Shown here: piece by piece, positions 53,089 to 61,666 of the stretch
Layout: every line of letters begins with the position of its first letter
Position numbering within the stretch: position 1 is the first letter of the stretch
DNA from: a virus
Virus record (IMG/VR): IMGVR_UViG_3300028920_000002
Span: 64,001-128,000 of that record
Reading direction: 5' to 3' (one strand)
Length of the DNA: 64,000 nucleotides
Notes under the pieces: model-generated
Database searches by the model: none
Seen by the model: only the letters and a program-made list of their open reading frames with translations
Told to the model about the DNA's origin: nothing
Made by a program: the position numbers and the translations under genes

Positions 53089-53207
53089 GCACTTCCTCCA
53101 GTGCACTTTGCTTCCCGAAGTTGACCGTCCACTCTCGTGGCTTCGGGGAGGGGACTATTCCCCTTCGCGCTGCGGGCCGCGCAGCGCAGGTCAGAAGGTC
53201 TTCTCCT

Positions 53208-53224
53208 TCTACTATTCTTATCCC
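53208..53224 (-). promoter_or_regulatory. class-1 motif
   Basis: GGGATAA-GAATAG-TAGA. Confidence 0.65.
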
Positions 53225-53245
53225 GTAACAGCCCCCAATTTTGCA

Positions 53246-53280
53246 GCTAGTGAAACGGGCGCTGGGCACCCGTTTCGTTC
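53246..53280 (-). terminator. hairpin + CTAGC
   Basis: GAAACGGG..CCCGTTTC then ACTAGC. Confidence 0.65.
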
Positions 53281-53325
53281 TGCGGGAGCTCACGAAGAGC
53301 TCGACCTGCAGTGTTGGCAGACGTA

Positions 53326-53736
53326 CTACATCTGCCTGTAGAGCTGTTCCACCTCCATCTCGAGGCTCAGTCGCAGACAGGTGCCGGGGGTGGTGATGGC
53401 ACGCCCGAAGGTGTCCAGCATCTCGTCGATGTCGCGCATGTGCCACCATGAGCCCAGCACCTCGGTGGCGGTCTGCGGAGTCTCGGGGTCGCGCTCGTCG
53501 AAGAGCAGGCCGTGGAAGTTCGGCAGCACGACGACCCCGCTCTGCTCCTTGAGCGACTCCCTGAGGGCGTTGGTGAGCCGCGCGATTATGAGCCGACGTG
53601 CGTACCGCGAAGTGGCTCCGTGGCCGACCCGCTTCTGCACGGGTTCGACCATGGCCCTCTCGTAGACCGCCTCAGCGGCGCGCTCGATGTCGGTGTGGGT
53701 GACGGTGAAGATTTGAATCCTGGGAATGCGGAACAT
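53326..53736 (-). CDS. hypothetical protein
   Basis: 136 aa, GAGG SD, class-1 motif. Confidence 0.7.
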   Translation of the reverse strand: MFRIPRIQIFTVTHTDIERAAEAVYERAMVEPVQKRVGHGATSRYARRLIIARLTNALRESLKEQSGVVVLPNFHGLLFDERDPETPQTATEVLGSWWHMRDIDEMLDTFGRAITTPGTCLRLSLEMEVEQLYRQM

Positions 53737-53750
53737 GACTGTCCTCTCTT

Positions 53751-53767
53751 TCCAATACTCTTATCCC
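53751..53767 (-). promoter_or_regulatory. class-1 motif
   Basis: GGGATAA-GAGTAT-TGGA. Confidence 0.7.
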
Positions 53768-53788
53768 CGAACCGTCGATGATTTTGAT

Positions 53789-53820
53789 GGCTAGCGAACG
53801 ACTCACGAGGAGTCGTTCGG
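53789..53820 (-). terminator. hairpin + CTAGCC
   Basis: CGAACGACTC..GAGTCGTTCG then CTAGCC. Confidence 0.65.
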
Positions 53821-54009
53821 CAGACCATTGAAGAGCTTAGGTACTTCGCACTCTTCCTCGCCTGCATCGCACGTCATACAAATCCACTGTCGGTCGGTGC
53901 ACCCCCGTGGGCAGTACCACTCCAGGCTGATGCGTACACAGGGCAGACCCATCTTTCCTGAGACGACTTCCTTCTCGACAGTGAACGGCTTGCCCGGTTT
54001 GCGATTCAT
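53803..54009 (-). CDS. small Zn-finger protein
   Basis: CPRGC..CMTC. Confidence 0.55.
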   Translation of the reverse strand: MNRKPGKPFTVEKEVVSGKMGLPCVRISLEWYCPRGCTDRQWICMTCDAGEEECEVPKLFNGLPNDSS

Positions 54010-54575
54010 GGCACCTCCATCACGAGAGAGCGCACTTCATCGAAGGGAGCGGGCCCGTAGTTCCACGCCTCGACGCAGACACAGATGCGGTTATCCACCC
54101 GACGCTTGTTCGAGTGCGTGTGGCCGTGGATGAGCACCTCACCCCGAATCTTCTTCGGCGCACGGCTGACGTACCGCAGGTCACCAGCCCGAGCGAGTCC
54201 GGCGTACGGATAGTGGCTCAACCGGCAGGTGCGACCACCAATACGAGCCACCAGCTCTTCGGCCACCAGCTCGAAGCCCAGCGAGGCCATCGCCGCCTGC
54301 CCTCGGTCGTGGTTGCCTCGTATGAGCAGCTTGTGTCCGTTGAGCCTCCTCATGATGGCGACGTTCTCGTCGTACGTCCCCTTGAAGAAGCAGTCGCCGA
54401 GCCAGAGCACTCTGTCTTGCCCGCCGACCCGTGCGTTGTACTGCTCGATGAGGTGCTCGTTCATCGCTTCGACGGTCCCGAACAGAGTTCCGTCAGGCCC
54501 ACAGCGGTCGCAGTACCGGATGATGTTTTTGTGGTTGAAGTGTGGGTCGCTGTAGATGGCGTGTACGATGCCCAT
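54006..54575 (-). CDS. calcineurin-like metallophosphoesterase
   Basis: SDPHFNH, LGD, GNHD, LSHYP, IHGHTH. Confidence 0.9.
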   Translation of the reverse strand: MGIVHAIYSDPHFNHKNIIRYCDRCGPDGTLFGTVEAMNEHLIEQYNARVGGQDRVLWLGDCFFKGTYDENVAIMRRLNGHKLLIRGNHDRGQAAMASLGFELVAEELVARIGGRTCRLSHYPYAGLARAGDLRYVSRAPKKIRGEVLIHGHTHSNKRRVDNRICVCVEAWNYGPAPFDEVRSLVMEVP

Positions 54576-54754
54576 CACGGACCTTCCTTTCTGCACCGCA
54601 GGTAGTCTTCACGGCAGCGCCAGCTGCAGCGGACTTGCTCTTGGGTGATGCCGTGGTCTTCTACACAGCGCTTGTCGCACTCACGCCAGCGTGAGCGGCA
54701 GATGAGGTCGCAGTCGTAGTCGCAGAGCGACAGCAGCAGAATCAGTGTGAACAT
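54575..54754 (-). CDS. small 8-Cys peptide with hydrophobic N-terminus (59 aa)
   Basis: MFTLILLLSL then repeated CX3C spacing; own class-1 motif and SD. Confidence 0.6.
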   Translation of the reverse strand: MFTLILLLSLCDYDCDLICRSRWRECDKRCVEDHGITQEQVRCSWRCREDYLRCRKEGP

Positions 54755-54766
54755 CTCTTTCTCCCT

Positions 54767-54820
54767 TCCACTTCTTTTATCCCTGAAACTACGAGCTGCT
54801 TGCGGGATAACGACTGTGGA
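54767..54820. promoter_or_regulatory. back-to-back class-1 motif pair
   Basis: minus GGGATAA-AAGAAG-TGGA (54767-54783) and plus GGGATAA-CGACTG-TGGA (54804-54820), 20 nt apart. Confidence 0.7.
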
Positions 54821-54823
54821 GAC

Positions 54824-55237
54824 ATGAACACATTTCTTCCGTACGCAGACTTCACTAGGACTGCTCAAGTGCTGGACCGTAAGCGATTGGGCAATCAGCG
54901 CAACGAAGTGCTGGTGCTGATACGAGGGGGATGGCCGAATCATCCGGCCTCCAAGATGTGGCAAGGCTACTTCTACTGGCTGGGCTGCTATGGACTTGCC
55001 ATCTGTAGAGAGTGGAAGAAGCGTGGGTACGTGGACAACGTGGCGCCGAAGCTCATCGAAGAGATGGGCAAGTACAGGGACACAGGCGCTCCATGGTGGC
55101 TCGGCGACAAGCTCTTCCACCGAGCGCACCAAAGCAATCTGGTTCGCAAGCTGCCGGAGCACTACCGACGCTTCTTCCCCCGAGTACCTGACAACCTGCA
55201 GTATTGGTGGCCACAGCAACGGAGGGAGCGAAAGTAG
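54824..55237 (+). CDS. pyrimidine-dimer DNA glycosylase / EndoV-like (MSMEG_6728-like)
   Basis: MNTFLPY..LDRKRLGNQRNE..HPASKMW..HRAHQSNL..K. Confidence 0.8.
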   Translation: MNTFLPYADFTRTAQVLDRKRLGNQRNEVLVLIRGGWPNHPASKMWQGYFYWLGCYGLAICREWKKRGYVDNVAPKLIEEMGKYRDTGAPWWLGDKLFHRAHQSNLVRKLPEHYRRFFPRVPDNLQYWWPQQRRERK

Positions 55238-55446
55238 TGCTGACTGTAGCCGAGATGCTCGAGGAGCTGACCGAGGCGGTGGAGAATTACAACAATGCCA
55301 GGCACTTCCCAGCGAAGTATGGGGAGGCGAACGTGGCTTACGACCGACTGCTCAAGTCCATGCGGCGAGCTCGCAGTCGGCTCAATCATAGGGACAGTTT
55401 GGAGACGGCGTACAACCGCCTCAGGAGAGAGATGAATGGAAGCTAA
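55237..55446 (+). CDS. hypothetical protein
   Basis: GGAG SD, TAGTG overlap. Confidence 0.55.
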   Translation: MLTVAEMLEELTEAVENYNNARHFPAKYGEANVAYDRLLKSMRRARSRLNHRDSLETAYNRLRREMNGS

Positions 55447-55801
55447 CTTCATCTGCACGAGCTGTGACGAGCCGTGTGAAGAGAGCGAAGTCAACGAGAA
55501 GGGCGAGTGCCCCTACTGCGCCGGGCACTGGGAATGCGTCGACTGCAACAAGGAGTTCGGCGAGGACGACACGAAGGTCAGCACCGACGACGGTCCAGTC
55601 TGTAGTGACTGTGCCTATGACCGGGGGCACTGTGACAAGTGCGATGGTACCGGTGAAGGAATGGTCGATGGCTCCCATTGCACCAAGTGCGGCGGGAGTG
55701 GTCAGCTTCCTGTAGGGAGCAAGGACGACTTCGACCCTCCCGACCCAGATGACAACTTCACCACCGACCGGGATTACGGTCCGTGGGGGTACGAAGGATG
55801 A
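55436..55801 (+). CDS. multi Zn-finger protein with DnaJ-type CxxCxGxG repeats
   Basis: CDKCDGTG and CTKCGGSG plus four further CxxC pairs. Confidence 0.65.
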   Translation: MEANFICTSCDEPCEESEVNEKGECPYCAGHWECVDCNKEFGEDDTKVSTDDGPVCSDCAYDRGHCDKCDGTGEGMVDGSHCTKCGGSGQLPVGSKDDFDPPDPDDNFTTDRDYGPWGYEG

Positions 55802-56052
55802 GTGCGATTGAAATAGCGGACTTCGTGTTCGTGTACATCGTGGGGCCGTTGGCGGCGGTGGCTACTCTGTGGGTCATCTTTCTGACGGTCTTCACCCGCC
55901 TGAAGTTCGTACGCCGCATTCGCTGTGGTCGGATGGGCTGGCACAGTCACCCACACTTCGAGACCACTGGCTTCGACGGTGCTTCCGTACATGCTCGCTG
56001 CGAGTGGTGTGGGTACGAGGGTATGATAGACAGCCAGGGAAACTTGTTCTGA
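55798..56052 (+). CDS. small membrane/Zn protein
   Basis: TM helix then CGRMGWH..CEWCG. Confidence 0.6.
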   Translation: MSAIEIADFVFVYIVGPLAAVATLWVIFLTVFTRLKFVRRIRCGRMGWHSHPHFETTGFDGASVHARCEWCGYEGMIDSQGNLF

Positions 56053-56258
56053 TGTTGAACCTACAAGACCCAGAGGAGTTCGAGGACCAGATGGTGCGAC
56101 TGGAGCGCGGTGCTCTCATCGCTGCCAACAAGGGCTGGAGGTACGCAGAGCCTAATGCCCTGCCCGTGTTCATCATGGACGGGAAGACGCGCATCGAGCA
56201 TCACCGCCCCACCAACCTCAGATGCCCATTCGGGTACGTCAAGCACTCATGGCTATGA
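56052..56258 (+). CDS. hypothetical protein
   Basis: TGATG coupling. Confidence 0.55.
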   Translation: MLNLQDPEEFEDQMVRLERGALIAANKGWRYAEPNALPVFIMDGKTRIEHHRPTNLRCPFGYVKHSWL

Positions 56259-56506
56259 AGAAGTTGAAGGAAGACCCCAAGAGCTGGGGAGGACATCTAC
56301 GGCGCAAGTACGACAAGCACGTCGAGGACGTCTTCGAGAAGCTGCCACCGGCCAGTCCAGCCATGAAGAAGATGGCTGAGGCTGGTGGTGAGGCCATGAG
56401 CATCGTGAAGAACCTTCATGATGGGCTGAACTCTGCCAAGGAGGCGGCGTTCTCCAACCCCTACCCCGACTTCCCAGTCTCGGAGTTCGAGGACGAAGAT
56501 GGCTAA
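56249..56506 (+). CDS. hypothetical protein
   Basis: ends with ATGGCTAA overlap. Confidence 0.6.
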   Translation: MAMKKLKEDPKSWGGHLRRKYDKHVEDVFEKLPPASPAMKKMAEAGGEAMSIVKNLHDGLNSAKEAAFSNPYPDFPVSEFEDEDG

Positions 56507-56708
56507 GACCATCAAGTACCAGCTCGATAGAGTAGGCCCACTGGTCACAGTCCAGTGGGGTGAGAACACCGAGAACACGGTCATTACTACCGAGGCTGAG
56601 CTCAAGGCGCACAACACCAAGCTGCCGGACGACCTCGAGGATGAGGTGCGTGAGCGGCTGGGACTCAATTCAACCTGTGACCCAGGGATGACGGAGAAAC
56701 ATGGCTAA
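56499..56708 (+). CDS. hypothetical protein
   Basis: ATGGCTRA junctions at both ends. Confidence 0.65.
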   Translation: MAKTIKYQLDRVGPLVTVQWGENTENTVITTEAELKAHNTKLPDDLEDEVRERLGLNSTCDPGMTEKHG

Positions 56709-56925
56709 GCCCGTCCCAGAGCAGGAGGAGAAGCTCAGCCGGGCGTTGGATACCGAGGAGGGCCGGCTCAGGATAGGCATGGCCATCCACCAGCGCATCC
56801 AAGACTTCAGAAGGATACGGTACGCCCTGGGCGTCCAGCAGCTACCCGACCGGGTGCTGCACGAGAACGGGATGAAGACCCACGACGAGATAGCCAGGGA
56901 GATACTGGAGAAGAAGGATGGCTGA
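56701..56925 (+). CDS. hypothetical protein
   Basis: ATGGCTRA junctions; LSRALDTEEGRLRIG motif. Confidence 0.65.
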   Translation: MAKPVPEQEEKLSRALDTEEGRLRIGMAIHQRIQDFRRIRYALGVQQLPDRVLHENGMKTHDEIAREILEKKDG

Positions 56926-57445
56926 ACAACACGAATGCGCCCACCACGGGCTCACGGAGTACACCGAGCCCGACAAGAACGGGGACAGCTTCTGCAAGAA
57001 GTGCTGCGAGGAAGTCCCGGAGTGCAACCCGCCCCACCTGAACATGACCATCGACGGCCCGCCCGAGGATGGAGTCTTCTACTGGGATGAGCTCTGCGTC
57101 TGTGGCCACTCCGGCACCGCCCACTGCAACGACGACCAGTGCTGCGTCTGGGACATCAAGTACCACGAGTACGGGGGTGCGTGCATGGAGCCTGACTGCG
57201 ACTGCGCTACTTTCAGACCCCGCAGCATGCACCCCTGTGCTGGAGGACTGAGAATGGTTGAGAAGTCAGACGATACCAGTTGGCTCGATGAAATTGTCAC
57301 CAGACATTTGAATGCCAACATCGACAATCTCGCCAAGGGTAGAGAGCACATCATCAACAAGCGAAGCCGTGAGCTGCTCATAGCCATATCGGGCAACGTG
57401 GTGCTGGATGTACTGGCGGAGCTGCTGGAGGAGAAGGATGGCTAA
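56918..57445 (+). CDS. Cys-rich hypothetical protein
   Basis: CVCGHSGTAH..CMEPDCDCATFRP. Confidence 0.65.
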   Translation: MAEQHECAHHGLTEYTEPDKNGDSFCKKCCEEVPECNPPHLNMTIDGPPEDGVFYWDELCVCGHSGTAHCNDDQCCVWDIKYHEYGGACMEPDCDCATFRPRSMHPCAGGLRMVEKSDDTSWLDEIVTRHLNANIDNLAKGREHIINKRSRELLIAISGNVVLDVLAELLEEKDG

Positions 57446-57995
57446 GAAGTCCAAAGTAGTAGTGGAGGTCACCGAGGAGTACTCGGCAGTGTACCCGGAC
57501 ACCACCAAGCTGTTCGGCCGTCCCTTCCTACCGAACAACTGCCCCATCCTCGAGCGTACAGCAGACAACCGCCCCGTGGGGCGCTGCTGCTTCCATCTCA
57601 AAGACGGCGTGTGCCCCAGGCACGGCAACGTCTCCAGGTATCAGAAGCACTACCAGGAGACTGGTAAGCTGACAGACGAGAACGAGATGAGGCCAATCAC
57701 TCTTGGTGGGCGTGTTATGCCAGACCAGAGTGACGAGCCCTGGCCAGATGAGTTGGAGAAGAAGGTGCTGGGTCGACGTACGCGTGTACCGAGCTATCCT
57801 GTCAGTACTACACCGCTGACGCTTCCAGCGTTCTCCGAGGAGCAGAACCGGCGCACTGAAGAACAACTTGCTGGGCGTACACCCCAACAGATGATTGAGG
57901 ACGATGTCTGTAATACCCAACCCATGAAGGTGCTCAAGCCGGTCTCCATGGCTGGCGCCGTCGCTGACCCCTTTGAGGAAGACGAGGATGACTGA
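57438..57995 (+). CDS. Zn-finger hypothetical protein
   Basis: CPILE..RCCFHL..CPRHG. Confidence 0.65.
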   Translation: MAKKSKVVVEVTEEYSAVYPDTTKLFGRPFLPNNCPILERTADNRPVGRCCFHLKDGVCPRHGNVSRYQKHYQETGKLTDENEMRPITLGGRVMPDQSDEPWPDELEKKVLGRRTRVPSYPVSTTPLTLPAFSEEQNRRTEEQLAGRTPQQMIEDDVCNTQPMKVLKPVSMAGAVADPFEEDEDD

Positions 57996-58269
57996 GCCTG
58001 AGGTCACCATCGAGGTAGTAGGCAAGCAGGGCAATTGCATCTGCTGCGGCAAGCCAGGACGCAAGCGTACTATCAGAGCTCAGTACGGCAGGCATATCGC
58101 CAGGGAGTCGGACATCTACTGCATTCCCTGCGCCAATCGAGTGGCCAGGGGATTGAAGTGGGAAGTCTACTACGCTGACCCACCCGTCTGCTGTCAGAAC
58201 ACAGTGAGCTTCGGGGTGGCCTACAGTGACCAGCAACAAGGTAGGGTGCCTGTGCGAAAGGTAGGATGA
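57988..58269 (+). CDS. Zn-finger hypothetical protein
   Basis: CICCG and CIPC. Confidence 0.6.
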   Translation: MTEPEVTIEVVGKQGNCICCGKPGRKRTIRAQYGRHIARESDIYCIPCANRVARGLKWEVYYADPPVCCQNTVSFGVAYSDQQQGRVPVRKVG

Positions 58270-58272
58270 AGG

Positions 58273-58461
58273 ATGGCTGAGAAGCCCAAGGTGTCTGTGG
58301 AGGTCATCGAGGAGTTTCCGGCATGCAGCCCAGACCTGAGCAGGCTAGCGGAGAAGCTCGCTCCGGGAACGGCCTACTCTTTTACCGAGCCCGAGTTCAT
58401 CGGCAAGGTAGAGATAGACCACAACAAGAAGTACCCCCTGCCGGAGAAGAAGAATGGCTGA
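58273..58461 (+). CDS. hypothetical protein
   Basis: 62-aa ORF. Confidence 0.55.
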   Translation: MAEKPKVSVEVIEEFPACSPDLSRLAEKLAPGTAYSFTEPEFIGKVEIDHNKKYPLPEKKNG

Positions 58462-61400
58462 CTACACCCCCACCGAACTGTCCGCTGCAGTAGAGAAGCT
58501 GGTGCGTACTTCCATCCGTCGGGAGTACGGGGGCTTGGGAACCAGAAGAACGGATATCACCTTCTCGGACACTCAAGACGCAGCGGCCGGGGTGTTCACC
58601 CTCTACCAGAATGCCCCCTTCTATGTCCTCAAGCTGGGTAGGGACCGTGTACAAGAGCTCGTAGACACAGAGAAGGCCCTCATCGATGACTTCCTGGAGG
58701 CGGTTGTCGATGTGGGCCGTACTGTGACGCCCGTCTCCAACTTAGCCCCTCTTGCTAACGCTAGGAGTGCTCTACAAGCCCTTTCGTCGGCAACGGCAGA
58801 GCGCATCACACCCCTCGCACGCGTGGAGGACTCGGCTGCGTACAACCGTTTCGAGAGCAACACTACTCGCTTCCTGCGTGACTCGAGCAAGAACATCCGT
58901 AGCTCTGGTGCCATCGTACGGACCCCGCAAGAGTCCAAGAGCTTGCTCGCCGGCTACGTTTCTAGCCTCAAGTCTCAGCATGAAGCTCTGCTCCAGCGTG
59001 TGGGCTACCTGACTGGCGGGATTGACGAGTTCAACTCGATGAACCTGCCGGCGACGCTGAGCGCCAGCATCATCGCCAACGCCCAGTCCGTGCTCGCTGA
59101 GCACTACGATACCCTCGCCGACCTGACCGACGCCCAGCGACTGGCAAGGATGCGGGAGGTGACGCTGGATGTACTGGCAGCTCGAGCCGTGGTTCGTGGC
59201 TTCGGAGCGCTGCCTCCACTGACCACCTTCGTGGTGATGGAAGGCTTCGGCTCGCCCTATGCTGATGCCGACCACCCAGCTACTCCAGCCAGCCTCGCCT
59301 CCGACAAGTACGGTCCGTACATCATCGTGGAAGGGGGCAATCAGCTCTACTTCCAGGTGGACAGCTCTGAGAACATCAACGTCCAGGTCCCCGGCTCCTA
59401 TTCGGCGCAGGTGGCGTCGCAGCTAGTCGAGACCTATGATGTCGACACCGGCGGGGACTACCTCTACATCTTCTCCGAGGCGGATAGCGGGAGCTGGTTC
59501 TACGGCGTGAACGTCACGTTGAGTCATGGAAGCGCGCAGAGTGCCCAGGACATCGCTGACGACATCAACGGGGCGGTGACTACCGAACCCATCTTCGCCG
59601 AGCCATACAACCAGCGGGTGAAGTTCAGCGGGCCCGTCTACATCAAGAATCCCTCTGGGGCCAACGCCGACTTCGAGAAGGCGGTGGACCCGCCCGCCAC
59701 CACTGGGGACTGGGGCGACCTGACCTATCAGCCCGAGGCAGGAGACTACTTCTACGTCGACAGCAGCGTGGAGCCCAGCAACACTGGCTGGTGGGTCATC
59801 AACAACGTCACTGGCTTGCCTACCTCCTTCAACGCCGACCGGGTGGCGGGTGGCACCGTCGTGGAGGAGATAGCCCCGTTGACCGCTCCTAGCCTGGAGC
59901 TAGGACAAGATGCTCGGGGCGTGCTCATCCGCTTCACGGATGCGGTCATTCGAGACTCCATTGAGGAGCGGGCCAAGTTGAGGGTGAGCGGCAATGCGTG
60001 CGCCACGTTGGGCTACGCAGAGTCTGCCGTATTCACTTCTCAGCCTACTCCAGTAGCCGATGTGGTGAGGGCCCTGAACGACTCCTTCTCCATCGCACCT
60101 GTAGGCACGGCGAGGATGCGAGCAGACGTGGGGTACACGGCCAACGTCTACGACGGCACGATTCGTACTGTGCCTACGAATCCACTCAAGGTGGTGGCGA
60201 GTGTCGCCGAGGGTACGGGTGACCTCATCACCAACTCAGGCATTCACCGATTCAACAACCTGAGCTTCGCCGCAAGTGAGGCCACCATCTACAGAACCGT
60301 GTTGGTCGCCCGAGGTAGTACGCAGGAGGGCGTTGTAGACACCTGGGGAATCGTTGTGGGCGTGGGCGCTGACTACCTGGATGTGGACTGGCAGGGCCCA
60401 GACATTCCAGCGCTGGAGACTGGCATGCAGCTCGAGCTGGGGTGGCACCTGCGCTCCGGGTCTCAGCCAGCTATCAAGCACATCGTGATGGTCATCGAGG
60501 ATGATGGGTTGAACGACGGCACCTACCTCGAGTGTGAGGCAGAGCCACTCATACCTTCGTGCGAACTGACGCTGACCCGCCCGCTGCCGGTGCCCTACGA
60601 CCTGGGCTCTCAGCCGCTGAGGCACACAGGCTCGATGGGGCAGCAGCGTGCCGTCTTTGCCAGCACCAGCGTGTTGGCCGACAGCGCCATCGAGATGCAG
60701 AGTGGTGATGACGATGCCTACGACGAGTTCTTCAACCCCGCCACTCCCCTGCCGTCTGCTGTAGGCTCCACGCGTTTCTTCCAGACGCCAGAAGAGCCCA
60801 AGCAGGTGGAGCCAGATGACCTGCTCGAGCTCTACGATACGAACGCCATCACAGCGAGCTACATCTGCACCATCGACAACGTCGAGGTGGACGACTCATT
60901 GGTTCGAGTGGAGGAGGGCAGTGAGCTGGACCTGGACCTGGGCTCCTTTGACCTCGACCCGGACAACGGCATCCCGCTGGCCCGCATTCGCAAGGGTAGG
61001 CTGAACAACTTCACCGAGTTCGCCGACCAGGCAAACGATTGGGTAGAGCTGCCTGTCAACGAAACCGTGGCCTACTTCCGTGAGCTCAACCGGCTGGTGA
61101 ACGTCCTGGCGGTGAACGCCAATCCCACACCAGGGCAAATCAACACCGTGGTGGGCACCCTGCAGAGTCTCAGCAATACGCTGGACCAGCTCGAGCCCAT
61201 CTTGGCCATCTACGAAGCCGACACGGTGGAGCAGGTGGATGCCCTACTTGCCGCCTACAAAGAGAAGGGCTCGGACCGAGCTTCAGACATCTTGCTCGAA
61301 GGCAGGTTCAGGGACTTCTTCAACCTCAGCCAGGATGAGGTGAGCTACGCCGGCGCTGTGCAGGCAGGGGTCAAGGAAGTGATGCGCGCCGACCTACCCG

Positions 61401-61549
61401 TCAGGCGCTACGACCGTCCTCGAGATGGCTACATCGTCGCCGAGTACGAGGAGAAGGACTTCGAGTACGACTGGAGCGACGCCGAGGATGATTATGAGGA
61501 CGTGAGTGCTCCAGCTGAGGACGTCGTTTTCCCCCGCTCGGCCTTCTAG
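58454..61549 (+). CDS. large putative virion structural protein
   Basis: 1031 aa; helical N- and C-termini flanking acidic beta-rich core. Confidence 0.6.
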   Translation: MADYTPTELSAAVEKLVRTSIRREYGGLGTRRTDITFSDTQDAAAGVFTLYQNAPFYVLKLGRDRVQELVDTEKALIDDFLEAVVDVGRTVTPVSNLAPLANARSALQALSSATAERITPLARVEDSAAYNRFESNTTRFLRDSSKNIRSSGAIVRTPQESKSLLAGYVSSLKSQHEALLQRVGYLTGGIDEFNSMNLPATLSASIIANAQSVLAEHYDTLADLTDAQRLARMREVTLDVLAARAVVRGFGALPPLTTFVVMEGFGSPYADADHPATPASLASDKYGPYIIVEGGNQLYFQVDSSENINVQVPGSYSAQVASQLVETYDVDTGGDYLYIFSEADSGSWFYGVNVTLSHGSAQSAQDIADDINGAVTTEPIFAEPYNQRVKFSGPVYIKNPSGANADFEKAVDPPATTGDWGDLTYQPEAGDYFYVDSSVEPSNTGWWVINNVTGLPTSFNADRVAGGTVVEEIAPLTAPSLELGQDARGVLIRFTDAVIRDSIEERAKLRVSGNACATLGYAESAVFTSQPTPVADVVRALNDSFSIAPVGTARMRADVGYTANVYDGTIRTVPTNPLKVVASVAEGTGDLITNSGIHRFNNLSFAASEATIYRTVLVARGSTQEGVVDTWGIVVGVGADYLDVDWQGPDIPALETGMQLELGWHLRSGSQPAIKHIVMVIEDDGLNDGTYLECEAEPLIPSCELTLTRPLPVPYDLGSQPLRHTGSMGQQRAVFASTSVLADSAIEMQSGDDDAYDEFFNPATPLPSAVGSTRFFQTPEEPKQVEPDDLLELYDTNAITASYICTIDNVEVDDSLVRVEEGSELDLDLGSFDLDPDNGIPLARIRKGRLNNFTEFADQANDWVELPVNETVAYFRELNRLVNVLAVNANPTPGQINTVVGTLQSLSNTLDQLEPILAIYEADTVEQVDALLAAYKEKGSDRASDILLEGRFRDFFNLSQDEVSYAGAVQAGVKEVMRADLPVRRYDRPRDGYIVAEYEEKDFEYDWSDAEDDYEDVSAPAEDVVFPRSAF

Positions 61550-61573
61550 CTGGATAGCTAGTTGAGCGGAGAC

Positions 61574-61602
61574 CAGAGCGATTATAGCTATAATTGGCTC
61601 TG
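61574..61602. promoter_or_regulatory. AT-rich palindrome / possible operator
   Basis: perfect ATTATAGCTATAAT inside CAGAGC/GCTCTG arms. Confidence 0.45.
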
Positions 61603-61666
61603 TAAGAAGCCACCGGATCGTGGAGCCTGTTTTTACGGTATAAAGGCTGTGCGGTGAGGACACGCC

